From a virus: 58,279 nucleotides of DNA. The notes under the pieces were generated by a model. That model did not search any database. It saw only the letters and a program-made list of their open reading frames with translations, and was not told the origin of the DNA. The stretch spans positions 1 to 58,279 of the IMG/VR virus record IMGVR_UViG_3300045988_062123. The stretch is one strand, 5' to 3'. Positions 44,672-53,051 of this stretch are shown here, in pieces; the stretch's first letter is position 1, and each line of letters opens with the position of its first letter. A program made the position numbers and the translations under genes.

Positions 44672-44672
44672 A

Positions 44673-45059
44673 GTGGCAAGGAACAAAAGAGCGGCTATCC
44701 GCAGAGAACAAAAAGAGCATGACAAAAACAAATTGTCGATGAATGAAAAGCAATGGTTTATCAAGCAGACCGAAAGTGGAATCGGCAAAAATGCTTTTGA
44801 AAAACTCATGCAAAGGTACTATAAGTATGGACACGACAGAGGAATGGAGTTGGCAGCAGGGATAATTTTTCTTGCGTTGCATGAACATTTTGGATTTGGA
44901 ACAAAGAGGATTCAAACACTTATGAAGTGTATCTCTGACGAATCCATAAAAATGGATGAAGAGCCGACAAAATTCAATGTTGATTGGTACATCCAACAAT
45001 TAAATGATGTGCTGGATATCCAGTTCCAGCAAAAAGGCAACGTAAATCCACTAGAATAA
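44673..45059 (+). CDS. Hypothetical protein
   Basis: GTG start after AGGAGGT. Confidence 0.55.
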   Translation: MARNKRAAIRREQKEHDKNKLSMNEKQWFIKQTESGIGKNAFEKLMQRYYKYGHDRGMELAAGIIFLALHEHFGFGTKRIQTLMKCISDESIKMDEEPTKFNVDWYIQQLNDVLDIQFQQKGNVNPLE

Positions 45060-45078
45060 CAAGGAAAGGAAGATTGAA

Positions 45079-45309
45079 ATGAATAATGCAATTATTTTAC
45101 TTGTAGCAATCCTATTTGTAATTCTTTTTCGTTTGTATTTTGACATCAAAGAACGTGTAGAGAGATATAAACATTATGTTGACACATTATATGATGCCTT
45201 TTATCGAACTACACAAATCAACGACAATATAAATCATCGCACACAGAATATGATAAGTGAACTTATTTCTGCTGTGCACGACAAAAAGGAGGAAAAGAAG
45301 AATGATTAA
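45079..45309 (+). CDS. Small membrane protein
   Basis: The N-terminal TM segment is AIILLVAILFVILF. Confidence 0.5.
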   Translation: MNNAIILLVAILFVILFRLYFDIKERVERYKHYVDTLYDAFYRTTQINDNINHRTQNMISELISAVHDKKEEKKND

Positions 45310-45991
45310 AATTGAACACGTAGTTCTGGCTAGTCCAGAGCAAATGCAATTCATCATCGAGGGTATGAGAAATCCAATGAACAGTTGGGATAAAAGTGAC
45401 AGTGTTAATTGCAATCTTGGTTGCTATGGTTGCAACTATGAGGGAACTTATAAATGTGAAAATGCAGAATGGAGTTCTAGTGATAGTTTCGGAATTGGAA
45501 AAAACGACAAGTCTCTTATGCAGAGATTATCCCAAACTGGAACAGATCATCGAAAATTCATGAGAATGATGCCGGTATATGTTAGAATTACCGCACCTTT
45601 ATATTGGTGGAAAGAATTTGATACTTACAAAATTGGTACAGTTGCAAACTCTTGTAGTACTATGCATAAAATTCAGGCAAAAGAGTTTACGCTGGATGAT
45701 TTCTCTCATGAGCACATGGATATTGCTTCTGAAGCATGCCTTGAAACAACTATTGTGTATTTGAATCTTTTCAGACAGAGCTTTTTAGAGAATCGCGATA
45801 AGGACGTTTGGTGGCAGATGATTCAGCTTCTTCCAAGCAGCTATAACCAGACTCGTAATGTTATGATGAATTATGAGGTACTGGCAAATATGTATCACAG
45901 TAGAAAGAACCATAAACTTGATGAATGGCGAGAGTTTTGCAAATGGATTGAAACGTTGCCATATTCATACTTAATAACTGGAAAGGAGTAA
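45302..45991 (+). CDS. Hypothetical protein with possible divergent ThyX (Thy1)-like fold
   Basis: GTDHRKFMRMMPVYVRITAPLYWWKEFDTYKIGTVANSCSTMHKI parallels the ThyX H..E...F.I.......Q..RHR....S.RY region, but the RHR motif is absent. Confidence 0.4.
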   Translation: MIKIEHVVLASPEQMQFIIEGMRNPMNSWDKSDSVNCNLGCYGCNYEGTYKCENAEWSSSDSFGIGKNDKSLMQRLSQTGTDHRKFMRMMPVYVRITAPLYWWKEFDTYKIGTVANSCSTMHKIQAKEFTLDDFSHEHMDIASEACLETTIVYLNLFRQSFLENRDKDVWWQMIQLLPSSYNQTRNVMMNYEVLANMYHSRKNHKLDEWREFCKWIETLPYSYLITGKE

Positions 45992-46144
45992 TGACAGAAT
46001 CCTTGGTAGACCAAGGTTGACCGCCTAAAGGTGCAAAAAAGGCGAGAATAAAGCAGATTTTAAATTGCGTGAAAACAAATAAGTAGCATTGGAAGCCGTA
46101 AATCTGCTATCCACGGAACAAGCAATTCTTGTCGAGTGGTTGTC
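45992..46144 (+). other. Hairpin-rich intergenic leader
   Basis: CCTTGG taga CCAAGG, CGCCT...AGGCG, and the long-range pair AGCAGATTT...AAATCTGCT. Confidence 0.35.
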
Positions 46145-46891
46145 ATGAAACACGTTGTATTATTTAGCGGCGGTGCCGCTAGCAGTTATGTAGCATATTT
46201 ACTTACTCAGGATGAAAGCATTGATAAAAAGGATATTGTTCTTCTTCATACTCCAACATTAAGCGAGTGTGCAGATTCTGAAAAATTCAGATTGAAAGTT
46301 GCAAGGTATCTGAAATTGCCAATGACTGTATGGGGCAGGGGCGAAGATATTTGGGATTGCATAGACAGAAATAGTGCGATCCCCGGACAGTTTATGCCAT
46401 TCTGCACCCAACAGTTAAAGCAACAGATGAAAGAACAATATTACAAATACCTTAAAAGCATTGGAGAAGATTGGATTGAATACGTTGGATATGGTCCGGA
46501 TGAGTGGCGACGTGTCCAAAAGTCAATCGCTAGAAATGAAAAATTAGGAAGAAAAGTCAAATTTCCATTGTTTGAAAAGCAAATATCGTCGGATGAATGT
46601 AAAAGAATCATTCAAGACGAATGGAAAATTGAGTTACCGAGTGCTTATAAATCATTAAAGCACAACAATTGCATACCATGCTTTAAGGGCGGTAAAGGCT
46701 ATTTCTACGATGTTTGGAAAAACTACCCGGAAGAATACCACCGCGCAATGCAGAAAGAAAAAGAAGTCGGCTACACAGTGTTCAAAGACGTTTCTTTGGA
46801 ACAACTGGAGCAAAAATTTATCAGCGACAAGGAATGGGAAGATGCACAGATGTCTCTCGAAGACTTTATTCCTTGTGAGTGCTGGACATAA
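46145..46891 (+). CDS. PP-loop ATPase, PAPS-reductase-family protein
   Basis: VVLFSGGAASS is an SGGxxS PP-loop. The C-terminal Cys motifs are CIPC and CEC. Confidence 0.7.
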   Translation: MKHVVLFSGGAASSYVAYLLTQDESIDKKDIVLLHTPTLSECADSEKFRLKVARYLKLPMTVWGRGEDIWDCIDRNSAIPGQFMPFCTQQLKQQMKEQYYKYLKSIGEDWIEYVGYGPDEWRRVQKSIARNEKLGRKVKFPLFEKQISSDECKRIIQDEWKIELPSAYKSLKHNNCIPCFKGGKGYFYDVWKNYPEEYHRAMQKEKEVGYTVFKDVSLEQLEQKFISDKEWEDAQMSLEDFIPCECWT

Positions 46892-46904
46892 AGGAGAATG
46901 GCTT

Positions 46905-47111
46905 ATGAAATTTTCAGATTTCACAAAGCCAGAACTTGAAAAAATTATTTTAAATGCAAACTTTACCGATGATGAAGAACGGATATTTAACTTGCTTTCA
47001 AGAGGTTTTAGTGTTTTAGAAGTATCACAAAAATCTGGAATGAGTGAAAGTAGTGTATATCGAAGAATCAGAATCATAAAAGTAAAAGTTGAGAAAGTGA
47101 GGTTCCTATGA
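46905..47111 (+). CDS. Small sigma region-4/LuxR-like HTH regulator
   Basis: DDEERIFNLLSRGFSVLEVSQKSGMSESSVYRRIRIIKVKV. Confidence 0.6.
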   Translation: MKFSDFTKPELEKIILNANFTDDEERIFNLLSRGFSVLEVSQKSGMSESSVYRRIRIIKVKVEKVRFL

Positions 47112-47305
47112 AAGAAAAGGTTGATATCAAAGACAAATTGTTACTTACAATAACAGAAGCCGCCGAATACACCAATATTGGAGAACACAAGTTGCGTGAT
47201 ATGGTGGAAGAAAAAGATTGTAACTACATATTGAGAAAAGGTTCTCATACGTTAATTAAACGAGTTCCTTTTGAAAAGTACCTTTTATCAAAAGAAGTTA
47301 TTTGA
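47108..47305 (+). CDS. xis: Excisionase-family DNA-binding protein
   Basis: LLTITEAAEYTNIGEHKLRDMV is an HTH_17-like motif. Lies immediately upstream of the integrase. Confidence 0.75.
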   Translation: MKEKVDIKDKLLLTITEAAEYTNIGEHKLRDMVEEKDCNYILRKGSHTLIKRVPFEKYLLSKEVI

Positions 47306-47385
47306 TAACTTGCGAAAGAACATTGTGTGTGATAATATTGTTAATACGCAATGTTCTTTCTTTTTCAATCGAAAGGAGACTAGTC

Positions 47386-48564
47386 ATGAAAAAAAGAAAG
47401 GACAACAAAGGAAGAGTATTGCAAGACGGAGAATGCCAAAGGAAAGACGGCACCTATATGTTTCAATACAAAAATTTATCTGGAAACAGAAAATGCTTTT
47501 ATGCAAAAACACTAGATGAATTGCGTAAAAAGGAAAAGAGCGTCAGGAAAAACGAAGTGTTTGGAATCATAGATGATAACTCTACATTGAATCAGATTTT
47601 TGACGAATCTTTTCAAGGCAGGAGAAACATATCGGAAAGTACCAAGAATAACTATTTGAACTTATGGAACTATAGAGTTCGAAATGGAATAGGCGGAATT
47701 GAAGCAAGAAAAGTGACAAGATCTCATGTCATTAAATTTTACAATGAACTGTCTGACAAAGGATTGTCGTATTCTACCATCAAAGCATACAACATTATGC
47801 TTTCCCTTGTATTGGATGAAGCAATGAAAAATGACGTAATATTAAAAAATCCATGCAAGGACTGCTTAAAGTTGTATGCAAACAACAAAAAGACAAGAGA
47901 AGCGATGACTTTGGATCAGCAGATGGCATTTCTTGATTTTATTTTGGACAGTAAGGTTTATTCAAAGCATTACCCTCTACTCTTTCTTATGATTACAACG
48001 GCGGTGCGCTGCGGAGAAGCAATAGGTTTGACCTGGAATGATATCGACTTTAAGAGAAGAGAAATCAATATCGATCATCAACTGCTTTACAAAAAGCATA
48101 ATGGCAAGTATCAGTTTTACATTGAAACTCCAAAAACGGAATCCGGAAAGAGAAAAATTCCAATGACGCGGGAGTTATGCAAAGTAATGATGGATTTTAG
48201 AGAGAAACAATTTTCTTCTGGAATCAGATCTGATACAATAGACGGATATTCCAATTTTGTTTTTATAACTAAAAGAGGAAATCCAATTATGCCATCTGCA
48301 ATAAATAATACATTGCTAAATATTGTAAACGCATATAATAAAGATGTAAAAGAAGATGATGTTTTTCTGCCGCACATATCTGCGCACATTTTAAGGCATA
48401 CCGGATGTACACGGATGGCTGAAAAAGGAATTGATGTAAAGGTTCTACAAAAGATTATGGGGCATTCAGATATTTCCGTAACAATGAATATTTATACTCA
48501 TGTTACATCAGATCGTTTGCATGAAGAGATAAAGAAACTCGAAATTGCGGAGATTGCCAGATGA
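47386..48564 (+). CDS. int: Tyrosine integrase (Tn916-type N-terminal arm-binding domain)
   Basis: The N-terminus is RKDNKGRVLQDGECQRKDGTYMFQY. Catalytic region AHILRHTGCTRM...GHSDISVTMNIYTH. Confidence 0.9.
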   Translation: MKKRKDNKGRVLQDGECQRKDGTYMFQYKNLSGNRKCFYAKTLDELRKKEKSVRKNEVFGIIDDNSTLNQIFDESFQGRRNISESTKNNYLNLWNYRVRNGIGGIEARKVTRSHVIKFYNELSDKGLSYSTIKAYNIMLSLVLDEAMKNDVILKNPCKDCLKLYANNKKTREAMTLDQQMAFLDFILDSKVYSKHYPLLFLMITTAVRCGEAIGLTWNDIDFKRREINIDHQLLYKKHNGKYQFYIETPKTESGKRKIPMTRELCKVMMDFREKQFSSGIRSDTIDGYSNFVFITKRGNPIMPSAINNTLLNIVNAYNKDVKEDDVFLPHISAHILRHTGCTRMAEKGIDVKVLQKIMGHSDISVTMNIYTHVTSDRLHEEIKKLEIAEIAR

Positions 48565-48568
48565 TGTA

Positions 48569-48590
48569 TTTACATCAAATTTACATCAAA
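48569..48590 (+). repeat. Two tandem TTTACATCAAA 11-mers (arm-type site candidates)
   Basis: Exact copies at 48569-48579 and 48580-48590. Confidence 0.85.
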
Positions 48591-48796
48591 ACAGTGTAAT
48601 TTTAAGTAAATTTATACCACTTTTTATAAAGTTTTTATAAATTTCGATGTTTTGAATGTGCTGGAAGCACGCTTTATGTAAGGCTTTGACGGTTTTTACA
48701 AAGTTTTTATAAAAAAATTAGCACTCACCTCTTGACAGTGCTAATTTGATTGTGAACCTTAGTGTTTTCGGTACTTTCATAAATTAAATTTCGATA

Positions 48797-48818
48797 TTTA
48801 CATCAAATTTACATCAAA
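48797..48818 (+). repeat. Two tandem TTTACATCAAA 11-mers (second pair)
   Basis: Exact copies at 48797-48807 and 48808-48818, in the same orientation as the first pair. Confidence 0.85.
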
Positions 48819-48931
48819 TTGAAAAAGTTTGAACATTGCGTATTGACATAAATATGACAGTTTTTGGAAAGTTTGTTGACGGTTTTACCGTCTTTTTTTA
48901 TGCAAAAATATAATTACAAGGAGGGATGCTT

Positions 48932-49105
48932 ATGTTATCCGACAAAACCTTAGAGAAAATTTTTGCACGCGAAGAACTGCAAAGACTTGACATGGCAACG
49001 CAGGCATCGGTTGTAAAAGCAATCGAGGAAATTTTGGAGGAGGAAAAACAAAATGCAGATGAACTACAATCCGTATCAGCAACAGCAACAGCCGATGAAT
49101 TATAA
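48932..49105 (+). CDS. Small acidic hypothetical protein (57 aa)
   Basis: Strong RBS AAGGAGGG 6 nt before the ATG. Overlaps the next gene by 53 nt in another frame, so the call is uncertain. Confidence 0.4.
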   Translation: MLSDKTLEKIFAREELQRLDMATQASVVKAIEEILEEEKQNADELQSVSATATADEL

Positions 49106-49520
49106 CCCGGTTTTTACCAATTATCCGCAGATGACACAGAACATTCCGCAGAGAATCCAGCAGGAACCACAAATAATGGGGAAAATTGTACAAAATGCGG
49201 AAATGATAACTGCGAATGATGTTCCTTTGAATGGATCAGTAGCATTTTTCCCAAAACAAGATTTATCCGAGATTTATGCTAAAAGTTGGACTGCCGATGG
49301 TGTGATTCGTACAATGACATTTAAACCGATTCAGAACGAAGAGGTTGGCAATTTATCGACTGAAAGCACGGAAAGCCAAATAGGGGCAATTTTGAACGTT
49401 ACAGACGGTTTAGAAAAGACATTGAATGAGATTGTAAGCAAAATTGACAATTTGGAAAAAAACCTGGCTAAGCCGGCAACGAAAACAAGAAGTTCTTCTG
49501 CTAAAAAGGAGGATGAATAA
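49053..49520 (+). CDS. Protein with Q/N/Y/P-rich (prion-like) N-terminus
   Basis: RBS GGAGGAGG. The N-terminus is MQMNYNPYQQQQQPMNYNPVFTNYPQMTQNIPQRIQQEPQ. Confidence 0.65.
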   Translation: MQMNYNPYQQQQQPMNYNPVFTNYPQMTQNIPQRIQQEPQIMGKIVQNAEMITANDVPLNGSVAFFPKQDLSEIYAKSWTADGVIRTMTFKPIQNEEVGNLSTESTESQIGAILNVTDGLEKTLNEIVSKIDNLEKNLAKPATKTRSSSAKKEDE

Positions 49521-49723
49521 TGAATCCTATGCAATTGATGTTAAATAAAATGATAAATTCTCCACAAGTGCAACAAAATCCAATGGCTAAAAATGCCGTA
49601 AATATGTTGCAAAACGGAGATTCAAAAGGGTTAAAAAAAATGGCAGAAAATCTTTGCCATGAAAAAGGAATTACTACAGACGAAGCAAAACAAACAATAA
49701 TGAGTATGTTTAAACAAAATTAG
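49520..49723 (+). CDS. Hypothetical protein (67 aa)
   Basis: ATG overlaps the upstream stop (TAATG). Confidence 0.55.
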   Translation: MNPMQLMLNKMINSPQVQQNPMAKNAVNMLQNGDSKGLKKMAENLCHEKGITTDEAKQTIMSMFKQN

Positions 49724-49792
49724 TACATTTTGGGGTGCGCACACAATAACCGGTTTCCCATTTGTAAATAAACACAAATGGAGGTACACAAA

Positions 49793-50581
49793 ATGTTCAA
49801 TTCAGCAAACGTTCCAAGTCTTGCCGATATTGCGGCAGTTACTGGAAACAACAAAAACGATGGAATGTGGGGCGGCGACGGCTGGTGGGCGATTATCATC
49901 TTTGCGATCATCTTTGGATGGAATGGTTTTGGCAACAACGGCTGGGGCGGCAACGGCGGATCTGCCGGTGCTACTGCGGCGGCTTACACAGATTCCGCAA
50001 TCCAGAGAGGATTTGACACACAGTCTATCCTTGGAAAATTGGATGGAATCACGAACGGCATTTGCGATGGTATCTATGCTGTAAACAATTCCATGCTTAC
50101 AGGATTCAATGGAATCAACACAAACGTCATGCAGACTGGATTTGGAATCCAGCAGGCAATCAATGCAGACACTGTAGCAAATATGCAGAACACAAACGCA
50201 TTGCAGTCACAGTTGGCTAATTGTTGCTGTGAGACACGCGAAGCAATTCAGGGTGTAAATTATAACATGGCACAAAACACTTGTGCTTTGCAAAACACCA
50301 TGAACACCAATACGAGAGATATCATTGACAGTCAGAATGCTGGCACTCGTGCTATCTTAGATTATCTCTGCAACGAAAAGATTTCTTCATTGCAGGCAGA
50401 AAACAACGATCTCCGTAGAGCGGCATCACAGGATAGACAGTCCGCATTGCTTACTACAGAGATTGCTTCACAGACACAGCAGATCATCAACGCAGTACGC
50501 CCAACTCCGGTACCTGCTTATCCGGCATCTAACATTTATGGTTATGCAAATTGCGGATGCAATTCTGGATGTGGCTGCTAA
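49793..50581 (+). CDS. Gly/Trp-rich membrane-anchored, Q/N-rich, Cys-tailed protein
   Basis: RBS GGAGGT before ATG 49793. GGDGWWAIIIFAIIFGWNGFGNNGWGGNGG. A CCC motif and the C-terminus CGCNSGCGC. Confidence 0.65.
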   Translation: MFNSANVPSLADIAAVTGNNKNDGMWGGDGWWAIIIFAIIFGWNGFGNNGWGGNGGSAGATAAAYTDSAIQRGFDTQSILGKLDGITNGICDGIYAVNNSMLTGFNGINTNVMQTGFGIQQAINADTVANMQNTNALQSQLANCCCETREAIQGVNYNMAQNTCALQNTMNTNTRDIIDSQNAGTRAILDYLCNEKISSLQAENNDLRRAASQDRQSALLTTEIASQTQQIINAVRPTPVPAYPASNIYGYANCGCNSGCGC

Positions 50582-50602
50582 TCACAACAAAATAAGTCTA
50601 TC

Positions 50603-50641
50603 TTAGTCCAAGATTAGTCCAAGATTAGTCTAAGAGGACTA
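50603..50641 (+). repeat. Three tandem 11-nt repeats TTAGTC(C/T)AAGA plus an inverted partial copy
   Basis: Copies at 50603-50613, 50614-50624 and 50625-50635. AGGACTA (inverted) at 50635-50641. Confidence 0.85.
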
Positions 50642-50672
50642 TGTCTGCAATAGCAGTTTTATCGAAGTTACT

Positions 50673-50704
50673 AGGGCAGACCAAATGGTTTGCCCTTATT
50701 TTTT
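50673..50704 (+). terminator. Intrinsic terminator
   Basis: AGGGCAGACC aaat GGTTTGCCCT followed by TATTTTTT. Confidence 0.8.
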
Positions 50705-50725
50705 ATGATTTGGAGGTATAATATT

Positions 50726-51148
50726 ATGGCAGAATACACAGCAATAGCATTACAGAGTGTTGCACAAGGCGAAGACGTAGCATTTACAGAGACGGCGACA
50801 AACGGTTCAAACTGTATCGTACACAGAAACGGATCTGGTATTGTCAAACTCCGTGGAATTACAAACCAGTGCAGAGCAAGATTCCTTGCTAATTTTTCTG
50901 GAAACATTCAGATCCCTACCGGTGGAACAGTTGGAGCAATTTCCATTGCTTTGGCAGTTGATGGAGAGCCTTTGCAGGCTACAAAGATGATTGTTACTCC
51001 TGCGGCGGTTGGAAATCTCTGGAATGTTTCAGCGCAGGTTTATATCGACGTACCAAAAGGTTGTTGCAGTACCGTAGCGGTACAGAACACTTCCGGACAG
51101 ACAATTGAAGTTCAGAATAGCAATCTTACAGTTGTTAGAGTTGCGTAG
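50726..51148 (+). CDS. BclA-C/C1q-TNF-like jelly-roll protein (putative)
   Basis: RBS GGAGGT. The pattern NFSGNIQIPTGGTVGAISIALAVDGEPL...VPKGCCSTVAVQNTSGQTIEVQNSNLTVVRVA resembles exosporium BclA C-terminal domains. Confidence 0.5.
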   Translation: MAEYTAIALQSVAQGEDVAFTETATNGSNCIVHRNGSGIVKLRGITNQCRARFLANFSGNIQIPTGGTVGAISIALAVDGEPLQATKMIVTPAAVGNLWNVSAQVYIDVPKGCCSTVAVQNTSGQTIEVQNSNLTVVRVA

Positions 51149-51160
51149 GAGGTGGACAAT

Positions 51161-51805
51161 ATGGATATCAAAAGAATGCACTGCATGATTGAAAAAATTT
51201 CAAAATGTGCTGATGAGCAGTTGGAACATGGTGTTGAAATGGCTGACACAGAGGAAATGGGAAAAGTCATAGACATGATGAAAGACTTATCAGAAGCCAT
51301 GTACTACAGAACGTTGACAAAAGCAATGGATGAATCAGATCCAGAAGAAGTTTTGGAAATGTTCGAACGTTACGGAGACGGCGGCAGAAGACACTATGAC
51401 CATTATCGCTATGCAAACGGCAGATTTGCCCCAAAAGGTTCCGGTACATATCGAAGAGGATATGACGAACCGCCATATTACCACATGACACCGGAAAAGT
51501 ACCATGAAATGGAAGATATGCGTGACATGGACAGAGATAAGCATGGCAGAATGTACTACACAGAACCGTCTGGTAATATGCACATGAACGAAAGCAATTA
51601 CGACCGAACAAAACGCAATTACACAGAAACAAAAGAATTGCATAAGTCAAATACTCCGGAAGACAAAGAGCATAACATGAAATCTCTGGAAACATACATG
51701 ACAGAACTTGCAAGAGATGTTTCCGGGATGGTAAATAATATGTCACAAGAGGAAAAAGCACTCACAAAGACAAAACTTACGGCTCTTGTAAATAAGATTC
51801 AGTAA
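51161..51805 (+). CDS. Hypothetical His/Tyr/Arg/Met-rich protein
   Basis: RBS GGAGGTGG before ATG 51161. The middle is low-complexity (RRHYDHYRYANGRF...MEDMRDMDRDKHGRMYY). Confidence 0.6.
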   Translation: MDIKRMHCMIEKISKCADEQLEHGVEMADTEEMGKVIDMMKDLSEAMYYRTLTKAMDESDPEEVLEMFERYGDGGRRHYDHYRYANGRFAPKGSGTYRRGYDEPPYYHMTPEKYHEMEDMRDMDRDKHGRMYYTEPSGNMHMNESNYDRTKRNYTETKELHKSNTPEDKEHNMKSLETYMTELARDVSGMVNNMSQEEKALTKTKLTALVNKIQ

Positions 51806-51811
51806 ACTATC

Positions 51812-51842
51812 GGCTGGGGATAGAAATGTCTCCAGCCTTTTT
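51812..51842 (+). terminator. Intrinsic terminator
   Basis: GGCTGGGGA tagaaatg TCTCCAGCC followed by TTTTT. Confidence 0.8.
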
Positions 51843-51854
51843 AGGAGGGATATT

Positions 51855-52172
51855 ATGTTTATTATAAACGGCATTTTATGGAATTTGATTTTTGTAAATC
51901 CAAACGATGAAAGATTGATTCGCTCTGACGGCTTATATTCGCTCGCAGTTACCGATTGGAATGAAAAAGGTATATTTGTATCAAAAAATCCTAAAGGCTC
52001 TTATTTGCGTAAAATAATCGCTCACGAACTATGCCACGCATTCTGCTTTTCATTTGGTGTACATATGCCAATGGAGCAGGAAGAGTATTTGGCTGACTGG
52101 ATCAGTATTTATGGCACAGATTTGATTTATCTGCTTGATGATATCATGGTTAGCATGAAGAAAGGGAAATGA
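51855..52172 (+). CDS. Small HExxH metallopeptidase-like protein (paralogue of 3538..3864)
   Basis: AHELCHAF ... EEYLADWI. Confidence 0.65.
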   Translation: MFIINGILWNLIFVNPNDERLIRSDGLYSLAVTDWNEKGIFVSKNPKGSYLRKIIAHELCHAFCFSFGVHMPMEQEEYLADWISIYGTDLIYLLDDIMVSMKKGK

Positions 52173-52309
52173 CTTTGAAAGAACTAAATTTTATTTTGGA
52201 ATACATAAAAAGGACGAATCCAGAGATTACAGAGGAAAAATTACGGAAAATTCTCAAAAATTCAAATAAGTATCTTGTTTCTGCGCTTGCAATAATTTCT
52301 AAAAAGTGA
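52169..52309 (+). CDS. Small hypothetical protein (46 aa)
   Basis: ATGA overlap with the upstream stop. Confidence 0.4.
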   Translation: MTLKELNFILEYIKRTNPEITEEKLRKILKNSNKYLVSALAIISKK

Positions 52310-52346
52310 TAAAATTTTACAAAATATTTAGAAAAGGGATGATTCT

Positions 52347-52658
52347 ATGGAATTGAAAAAGGGCAAAAACAAAATTACAATCAAAGAATACCAAGAAATC
52401 AGGTATATCTTTGATATTGGAGAGGAAAACGTAAACCATAAAGAAACGTTAAACATACTTGACAAAATGCTAAACGGAGAAAAAATCGAGGAAAAACTAG
52501 TGGTTTCCAAATTTCGAGACAAATATTGTGTCTTCCGCGGAAGCAAAACATTTATAGCCATAAACGACCTTTTAGACTATGGCTTAAAACGAATACCAAT
52601 TTTTGACAAAGACAAAATTTTGGGCTATGAAATTACCATTATGGTTGAATATAATTGA
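52347..52658 (+). CDS. Hypothetical protein
   Basis: RBS AAAAGGGA before the ATG. Confidence 0.55.
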   Translation: MELKKGKNKITIKEYQEIRYIFDIGEENVNHKETLNILDKMLNGEKIEEKLVVSKFRDKYCVFRGSKTFIAINDLLDYGLKRIPIFDKDKILGYEITIMVEYN

Positions 52659-52726
52659 TTTCTGGTGGACAAAATTATGAAAATATGGTAAAATTGTGTA
52701 AAAATATTATATGGGAGGATTTCATT

Positions 52727-53035
52727 ATGGCAATGATTAAATGTCCAGAATGTGGCAAGGAAATCAGCGATAAAGCCGAAAAATGTATGAACTGTGGAGT
52801 AGAACTCACAGATGAATTAAAATTTGCAGGCTATAAGTTGATGCAAGCGAAGAAAGAGGATCACCAATACGGACTTGTGGCAATTCTTTTTGCATTGTTA
52901 ATTCCAATAGTTGGATTAGTGCTTGGTATTGTTGGAGTAGTAAAGAAAGAGCGGTTTTCTGTTTACGCAATATTCATGTCCGTTCTTGCCTTTATTCTCT
53001 ACTGGTACATATACTTGCAATGGTTTTTCGGTTAA
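52727..53035 (+). CDS. Zinc-ribbon plus two-TM membrane protein
   Basis: CPECG...CMNCG followed by two hydrophobic helices. RBS GGGAGGA. Confidence 0.65.
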   Translation: MAMIKCPECGKEISDKAEKCMNCGVELTDELKFAGYKLMQAKKEDHQYGLVAILFALLIPIVGLVLGIVGVVKKERFSVYAIFMSVLAFILYWYIYLQWFFG

Positions 53036-53051
53036 AAGGAGTGGTTTTATC

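Larger units (their letters stand above)
48565..48931. other. Probable attP region
   Basis: AT-rich non-coding DNA next to int, with arm-type direct repeats and the hairpin TTAGCACT...AGTGCTAA. The core was not identified. Confidence 0.55.
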
